The notes beneath the pieces were generated by a model that was given only the letters and a program-made list of their open reading frames with translations, was not told where the DNA came from and searched no databases. From the NCBI GenBank assembly GCA_038534095.1, contig JBCAXK010000068.1, positions 1 to 4,594 on the forward strand: a DNA stretch of 4,594 bases. Reading direction: 5' to 3'. This stretch comes from Chlamydiota bacterium. GTDB lineage: Bacteria > Chlamydiota > Chlamydiia > Chlamydiales > SM23-39. Positions 1 to 4,594 of this stretch are shown piece after piece. Position numbers and translations under genes: made by a program. Each line of letters begins with the position of its first letter. Within the stretch, counting starts at the first letter, position 1.

Positions 1-809
1 TCGCTCATTTTCAGGCTGTCTTCACGAGTATAATTTTGCTTTCCGCTAGTCCAGGATTTTTTTCGCAGGGTCTTTTCTCTTGGGATTTTTTTACTCAAGC
101 CAAGCCAACGGTAAACTTCTCCGGTTTCGCTTTTGGGGTCAGCCAAGAAGTTCTCATAGGCTATAACCATAACATCTGTAGCATCTAACTGAGTGAGTGC
201 TACCTTTTGCTGTACACACCAAAGAAAAATGTGGGACAGGATCGGCTCATTAGGGAAGAATCCAACTAATTTGGAAGCTTCTCTGATCTCTGGGAAGTCC
301 TCAATAAGTCTCTTTTGTTCTAACAGATCTAATATCCTAGGCCCTTCCCAACCCAGCTTTATCCGGGAAAGTGCGACGCTTATTGGATGGCGAATTACAT
401 ACAGAAATTTCACATCAGGAAAGTGAATCTTTATCCACTTAAGGCGAAGATTTGAGTGGATATCTTTGATTAACCGGGCACTCGGAAAAAGGCAGCGGTT
501 AGACTGATCCTCCCAAATACCTTGTACACGACCATTGAATACAGCTTCCAAAGCATGGAATTGAGCTTCTGTACCTCCCTTTTGGGAGATATACTCGTGA
601 GGAACAAATACTTTGCCATGATTGGAGCGGTTGTAATGAAATGGTTCAAACAGGGTTCGGAAAGATCCGCCTGATTCAATCAAATCGCCGATCCAGGTAG
701 TTCCAGAACGAGCTGAGCCTGCAATAAAAACCGTTGGCTTAGGTCCTACACGATCATAATAAGTATTTCTGGCAAACCACATCTCGATGTTCTTAAACAA
801 CTCAGTCAT
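1..809 (-). CDS. PAPS-dependent sulfotransferase (Sulfotransfer_3-like), 3' end truncated by window edge; absent from ORF track
   Basis: Manual translation from ATG at 809-807 is open for 269 codons to the window edge: MTELFKNIEMWFARNTYYDRVGPKPTVFIAGSARSGTTWIGDLIESGGSFRTLFEPFH...RLIKDIHSNLRLKWIKIHFPDVKFLYVIRHPISVALSRIKLGW...VIAYENFLADPKSETGEVYRWLGL... It contains a 5'-PSB loop (GSARSGTTW), a 3'-PB motif (YVIRHPISVALSR) and the YE...P...LGL C-terminal motif. An in-frame TAA 11 codons upstream and AGAAAG just before the ATG support this start. Confidence 0.93.
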   Translation of the reverse strand, partial: MTELFKNIEMWFARNTYYDRVGPKPTVFIAGSARSGTTWIGDLIESGGSFRTLFEPFHYNRSNHGKVFVPHEYISQKGGTEAQFHALEAVFNGRVQGIWEDQSNRCLFPSARLIKDIHSNLRLKWIKIHFPDVKFLYVIRHPISVALSRIKLGWEGPRILDLLEQKRLIEDFPEIREASKLVGFFPNEPILSHIFLWCVQQKVALTQLDATDVMVIAYENFLADPKSETGEVYRWLGLSKKIPREKTLRKKSWTSGKQNYTREDSLKMS

Positions 810-1020
810 ACTTTCTAATTTTTCTGAAAATGTACCGCTTTAAACGGGATATTAATCTGTTTTTTTGGTGTAGGACTATTTCATTGTATTCTCGACAGCT
901 AACGACTGGACTTTTGCAAGGTTTGAGCCCTAGCCGTATCAGGGCTACCTAGTTTAGAAGCACAAACTATGCCATGACTAAGAAAAAATATTTAATGCAA
1001 ATATAAAATGCATAAAAAAA

Positions 1021-1959
1021 TCACTTGATATATTTTAATTTTTTCAAGATACTGCCTGCTTCCTCAAGAACAACGTTTTCCACAGCTTCACTAAAATAGT
1101 TGTTCCAATCGCCTACAACTCCCTTCCGGTAAAATTTTTGAGGATCCTCAGAGGAGAATCCCGGTGAGGTTTTCACCGGGCCTGAATCTAAAGGTAGGGC
1201 TTTGTTGGGTTCTAAACCCAGGAAGCGGTAGCAATCATCTCTCTCAGCTTTCACGTTTGCGTGTAATTTTTCATAATGGACAATCTTTACCTCATAATCA
1301 GGAAAGCATTCTGCAAAACCATTATTCTTTGCTTCTAAAACTTGTCCTATATGCTTTACCCACTCCTGTGTGGTGTCACGAACCCAATCTAAATCATCAA
1401 GCAGTTGTCCAGGATGATCCTTAAAGTATTGAAGATTTCCACCATACTCTTCCTGTTTCTTCGACATAACAGGGAATCTGTTGAGCACATATCGTCTATT
1501 AACACGAAGAAGATGATAAGCACGGCTAACAGTGACATCACGAACATCACGCACAATGTATAAACATTTCGACTTTTTAATAACAGGCGGATATGCAAAT
1601 CCGGGCGTCTTATCTCCAAGATACTTTATTCTTCGAAAAGAACATTTTGACGAAGCATGCTTAATCATCAACTTCGCAATCATGCTTTCAAAGTCAGCAT
1701 CTAAGTGGCCTTGCATGTATGGCCCATTCAAAACAGACCAACCAGCTATTTTGAGAATGTGCTCCCTAGCCTCCGCCAAGTGAGTAAATCCCCATTCTCC
1801 AGATGAGAAAACGGCAGGGTGTAAATTCATCAAATTGGAAAGCCAGTTCGTTCCAGATTTGGGAAATCCACGAATAGAGAAAAAGGACGGCTGCCCTAAT
1901 CCAAAATTAAAAGCTCTATTGAAGCCATAGATATGGTCTTTAATATTTTTTTGGATCAT
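1021..1959 (-). CDS. PAPS-dependent sulfotransferase (Sulfotransfer_1 / SULT-like), 312 aa
   Basis: 5'-PSB GFPKSGTNWL, GDKTP, 3'-PB YIVRDVRDVTVS, HYEKL...FLGL, and C-terminal FYRKGVVGDWNNYFS matching the RKGxxGDWKNxF motif of SULT-type enzymes. Confidence 0.93.
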   Translation of the reverse strand: MIQKNIKDHIYGFNRAFNFGLGQPSFFSIRGFPKSGTNWLSNLMNLHPAVFSSGEWGFTHLAEAREHILKIAGWSVLNGPYMQGHLDADFESMIAKLMIKHASSKCSFRRIKYLGDKTPGFAYPPVIKKSKCLYIVRDVRDVTVSRAYHLLRVNRRYVLNRFPVMSKKQEEYGGNLQYFKDHPGQLLDDLDWVRDTTQEWVKHIGQVLEAKNNGFAECFPDYEVKIVHYEKLHANVKAERDDCYRFLGLEPNKALPLDSGPVKTSPGFSSEDPQKFYRKGVVGDWNNYFSEAVENVVLEEAGSILKKLKYIK

Positions 1960-2025
1960 GAGTAATGACTTTATAGATTCAGAATATTAGTGCAGCATAA
2001 ATAAACAGAAAGCGTGGTAGAAAAT

Positions 2026-2958
2026 TTAAGTTCTCACAATTAAATCTTTCCTCTCTACACTTTTCCAAGTTGACATTTTTTTAGAATTCTGTTCCAAAAA
2101 ATCATAAGTATCTTGAATGACGTGATCTAAAAAATCTGCTTCAACATCTTTTGAAATTTCGACGGCTGGAATATTGACCTTAGTTCTCCCGAGGCTCACT
2201 CTTGCCCAGCTTCGCCAAGACAAAGGAAATTTTTTGACGCCAAATTGGATAAAAGGATGCGTCCGAATTTTCAGTAGCCAAGGTCGATCAATGGTTCTAT
2301 CGACTCCTCGATTTTCGTTTTCTTGTGCATCCTTTGACCAGAGTTCAGGATCAAGCCCTAAAAACCTCATGATGCGTTTTACTTCGACTTCTTTGCACTG
2401 CGTCCAATCTTCTAGAAACGATACACAGATATTTTCAGAAGGAAAAAGTGCTTGATAAGCCGCAAGCTGATAGCCATATCGACACTCATCCCACTGATTT
2501 ACCTCTCTTTGCTTCTGCATCCAGTAGTCAAAACCCTTAAGCGCCCACTGATACTCTCTTCGCCAAAGAAAAGATTTCTCTCGACCGAAGGCATATTGCA
2601 TCTTCCAATAGGATATCTGTCGCTGTAATGGATCACGAACCATATATACGATCTTCATATCAGGATTAAATTTATGAATTCGTTTTGCCGTATCTGGGCA
2701 ACGAGAACGATCTGAGTAGGCTGGACTCGCTTCACCTACAATGGGCTCTCCAGCATAGTGTTCGAAGGCTTTTTGATACCATTCCCAGCCCTTTTCATAG
2801 TTTTGGTTAGGTTCAAAATCTACAGTATCTTGGAAGAAGTCCATCTCTTTGGGACGACTCATGCAACAATCTGGATGAGTCGCTAAAATACAGGACAGGG
2901 CGGTAGTGCCGCACTTAGCAGCCCCAATAATTAGAAAATTTGGCTTTTGAGATTTCAT
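2026..2958 (-). CDS. PAPS-dependent sulfotransferase, heparan-sulfate-sulfotransferase (HS3ST/NDST)-like motifs, 310 aa; paralog B
   Basis: PNFLIIGAAKCGTTAL (5'-PSB), HP...KEMDFF, YEKGWEWY, GEASPAY, KIVYMVRDPLQRQISYW (3'-PB), FLED...FLGL. Confidence 0.93.
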   Translation of the reverse strand: MKSQKPNFLIIGAAKCGTTALSCILATHPDCCMSRPKEMDFFQDTVDFEPNQNYEKGWEWYQKAFEHYAGEPIVGEASPAYSDRSRCPDTAKRIHKFNPDMKIVYMVRDPLQRQISYWKMQYAFGREKSFLWRREYQWALKGFDYWMQKQREVNQWDECRYGYQLAAYQALFPSENICVSFLEDWTQCKEVEVKRIMRFLGLDPELWSKDAQENENRGVDRTIDRPWLLKIRTHPFIQFGVKKFPLSWRSWARVSLGRTKVNIPAVEISKDVEADFLDHVIQDTYDFLEQNSKKMSTWKSVERKDLIVRT

Positions 2959-3040
2959 CTACACTAGATTAGATTGACTTAAATGATCAATACGCCGACT
3001 CAACAGATTTTAAGGTTGCAGAAAACTGTGCCTCAAAAAC

Positions 3041-3973
3041 TTACGATCTCGATACAAGTTCTGCCTGCGCTAGGCTTTTCCAAATTGATAAGTCTTTAGA
3101 ATATCGTCTTAAAAAAGCATAATTATCTTCAGAGACATGATCTAAAAAATCTCTTTTGACGACTTCTGAAATGTCAGCTTCGGGAACACTCACCTTAGCC
3201 CGAGCGATATTTCCTCTTGCCCAACTTCGTAAGGATAAAGGAAATTGACTAACCACAGATTGAGTAAGAGCATGCGTACGAATTTTCTTCAGCCAAGGGC
3301 GATCGATTGTTCGGTCAACACCTCGGTTTGCGTTTTCCTGAATATGCTTCGGCCAGCGTTCAGGCGCAAGACTTAAAAAATTCATGATACGCTCTACTTC
3401 TGAGTCCTTTGATTGCTGCCAATCCTCCAGAAAAGAAACGCAGATGTTTTCAGCGGGAAAGAGCGCCTCATATGCTGAAAGTTGATAGCTATATCTACAC
3501 TCATCCCACTGCTTGACGTTTTGCTGCATTCGCATCCAGTAGTCAAAGCCCTCAAGAGCCCACTGACGGTGCTGTCGCAATGACGAAAATTTCTCCTTAG
3601 CGAGGGCATAGTGCATCTTCCAAGCAGATATCTGACGCTGTAGCGGATCGCGAACCAGATAGATAATCTTTATATCGCGATTAAATGCGTGAATTCGCTT
3701 TGCCGTGTTTGGAGAGCGAGAGCATTCAGAGTAAGCCGGGCTAGCTTCACCCACAACAGGCTCTCCAGCATAATGGGAAAAGGCTTGTTGATACCATTCC
3801 CAGCCTTTTTCATAGTTACGATTTGGCTGATAGTAAAAAGTATCCTGAAAAAAATCGACTTCTTTTGGGCGACTCATACAACAATCTGGATGAGAATCTA
3901 GAATAGAAGCCAGGGCAGTTGTGCCACATTTAGCAGACCCAATGATGAGAAAATTTGGTTTTGGAGATTTCAT
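3041..3973 (-). CDS. PAPS-dependent sulfotransferase, heparan-sulfate-sulfotransferase (HS3ST/NDST)-like motifs, 310 aa; paralog A
   Basis: PNFLIIGSAKCGTTAL (5'-PSB), HP...KEVDFF, YEKGWEWY, GEASPAY, KIIYLVRDPLQRQISAW (3'-PB). It starts 26 nt after the ABC transporter stop codon. Confidence 0.93.
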   Translation of the reverse strand: MKSPKPNFLIIGSAKCGTTALASILDSHPDCCMSRPKEVDFFQDTFYYQPNRNYEKGWEWYQQAFSHYAGEPVVGEASPAYSECSRSPNTAKRIHAFNRDIKIIYLVRDPLQRQISAWKMHYALAKEKFSSLRQHRQWALEGFDYWMRMQQNVKQWDECRYSYQLSAYEALFPAENICVSFLEDWQQSKDSEVERIMNFLSLAPERWPKHIQENANRGVDRTIDRPWLKKIRTHALTQSVVSQFPLSLRSWARGNIARAKVSVPEADISEVVKRDFLDHVSEDNYAFLRRYSKDLSIWKSLAQAELVSRS

Positions 3974-3999
3974 TTTAAGTCGAATTAATCGTATTGGAT

Positions 4000-4594
4000 C
4001 TAAGCAACTGCTTGACTACTCTGAAGCTGCCAGTAGCGCATATAGCGCCCTTTCTGTGATAGCAACACCTTATGGGTACCCTGCTCAACAATGCCTCCCT
4101 GCTCGAGCACCAAAATTTTATCGGCACTCGCAATCGTCGATAACCGATGCGCCACCACAATAATCGTGCGATTCTGCTTGAATTGATTCAAAGCCTCTTG
4201 GATCAGCTTCTCTGACTCACTATCTAGGGCGCTGGTTGCCTCATCTAGAATGAGAATTTCTGGTTGTTTAATCAATGCCTGCGCCAGTGCTAATCGCTGC
4301 CGTTGCCCACCAGAGAGCCGATATCCTCGCTCACCCACAACAGTGTCATACCCCTTCGGCAACGCCGAAATGAACTTATGGGCCTGAGCCGCCTTTGTGC
4401 ACTCAACCACCTTCTCCAAAGTGGCTTCCGGCCGACCGTAGCGCAAATTCTCTAAAATACTGTCATTAAAAATAAACGTATCTTGACTCACAACACCAAT
4501 ATGCCTTCGCCAATCTTCTAGACAGTAATCGGTTAGTGGCCGACCATTTACCACAATGCAACCATTCGTCGGCTGATATAGTCCAATCAACAAA
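4000..4594 (-). CDS. ABC exporter, type IV / B-family (MsbA/PglK/HepA-like), C-terminal NBD; 5' part outside the window
   Basis: Q-loop VVSQD, X-loop YDTVVGERG, signature LSGGQ, Walker B ILILDE, D-loop SALD, H-switch AHRLSTI. Walker A is missing and should lie just upstream of LLIGLY, so the TTG start at 4593 in the track is an edge artefact. The X-loop is typical of TMD-NBD fused exporters. Confidence 0.95.
   Translation of the reverse strand, partial: LLIGLYQPTNGCIVVNGRPLTDYCLEDWRRHIGVVSQDTFIFNDSILENLRYGRPEATLEKVVECTKAAQAHKFISALPKGYDTVVGERGYRLSGGQRQRLALAQALIKQPEILILDEATSALDSESEKLIQEALNQFKQNRTIIVVAHRLSTIASADKILVLEQGGIVEQGTHKVLLSQKGRYMRYWQLQSSQAVA

Larger units (their letters stand above)
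2026..3973 (-). repeat. Diverged tandem gene duplication: two 933-bp copies with a 1015-bp period
   Basis: 2026..2958 and 3041..3973 have identical length and align without gaps. Hand count gives 100 differences in 310 aa (about 68% identity). Shared DNA blocks include TTGATACCATTCCCAGCC near 2773 and 3788. Confidence 0.95.

Noticed and set aside
193..679. Track ORFs 193..426 (+) and 470..679 (-)
   Set aside because: Both overlap the real sulfotransferase frame 809..<1, one antisense and one out of frame, and neither has recognisable motifs.
995..1020. ATGCA-N9-TGCAT stem next to an A/T run after the 1021 stop codon, as a possible terminator
   Set aside because: The 5-bp stem is weak and the long T-run precedes rather than follows it on the coding strand.
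1164..1783. Track ORFs 1164..1424 (+), 1389..1619 (-) and 1532..1783 (+)
   Set aside because: Shadow ORFs lying fully inside the 1021..1959 sulfotransferase. The hydrophobic run in 1389..1619 is most simply an off-frame by-product.
2899..2907. ops-like GGCGGTAG sequence
   Set aside because: It lies on the template strand inside a CDS, arises from the GTTA codons of the PSB motif, and is not preserved in the paralog.
2967..2994. Plus-strand GATTAGATTGACTTAAATG-ATCAATACG resembles, inverted and rearranged, the leader of paralog A (ATCCAATACGATTAATTCGACTTAAAATG, minus strand 3999-3971)
   Set aside because: The match is short, AT-rich and needs gaps plus block reordering, so it cannot be distinguished from chance as an inversion scar or invertible element.
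2026..3973. The duplication as an assembly artefact or a diversity-generating retroelement TR/VR pair
   Set aside because: About 32% amino-acid divergence spread across the whole gene rules out a mis-assembled repeat. The differences are not adenine-specific and no reverse transcriptase is present in the window.
2174..4163. Track ORFs 2174..2455, 3394..3609, 3689..3901, 3921..4163 and 3975..4160
   Set aside because: Short overlaps of well-supported genes with no motifs. Those inside one paralog have no matching ORF listed in the other paralog.
1..4594. Assignment to cyanobacteria or to specific genes (hepA, msbA, pglK, xss, nodH)
   Set aside because: Gene content and weak Shine-Dalgarno signals are compatible with a cyanobacterium, but I found no perfect HIP1 site (GCGATCGC; only a near match at about 3299) and the transporter TMD is outside the window, so no symbol or taxon is supported.

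Overview
This window holds a co-directional minus-strand cluster of five genes, probably part of a surface glycan or glycolipid biosynthesis locus. In transcription order: (1) the C-terminal nucleotide-binding domain of a type IV (MsbA/PglK-like) ABC exporter, cut by the window end; (2,3) two tandem 310-aa paralogous PAPS-dependent sulfotransferases with heparan-sulfate-sulfotransferase-like motifs, 210/310 identical and gap-free by hand count; (4) a 312-aa sulfotransferase with the cytosolic SULT-type RKGxxGDW motif; (5) a fourth sulfotransferase (809..<1) that the ORF track missed because it runs off the window edge. The main point of interest is four consecutive soluble sulfotransferases of three apparent motif classes directly behind a possible flippase, which suggests a multiply sulfated exported glycan or glycolipid. 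The substrate and organism cannot be determined from this window. I found no RNA genes, mobile elements or CRISPR arrays.
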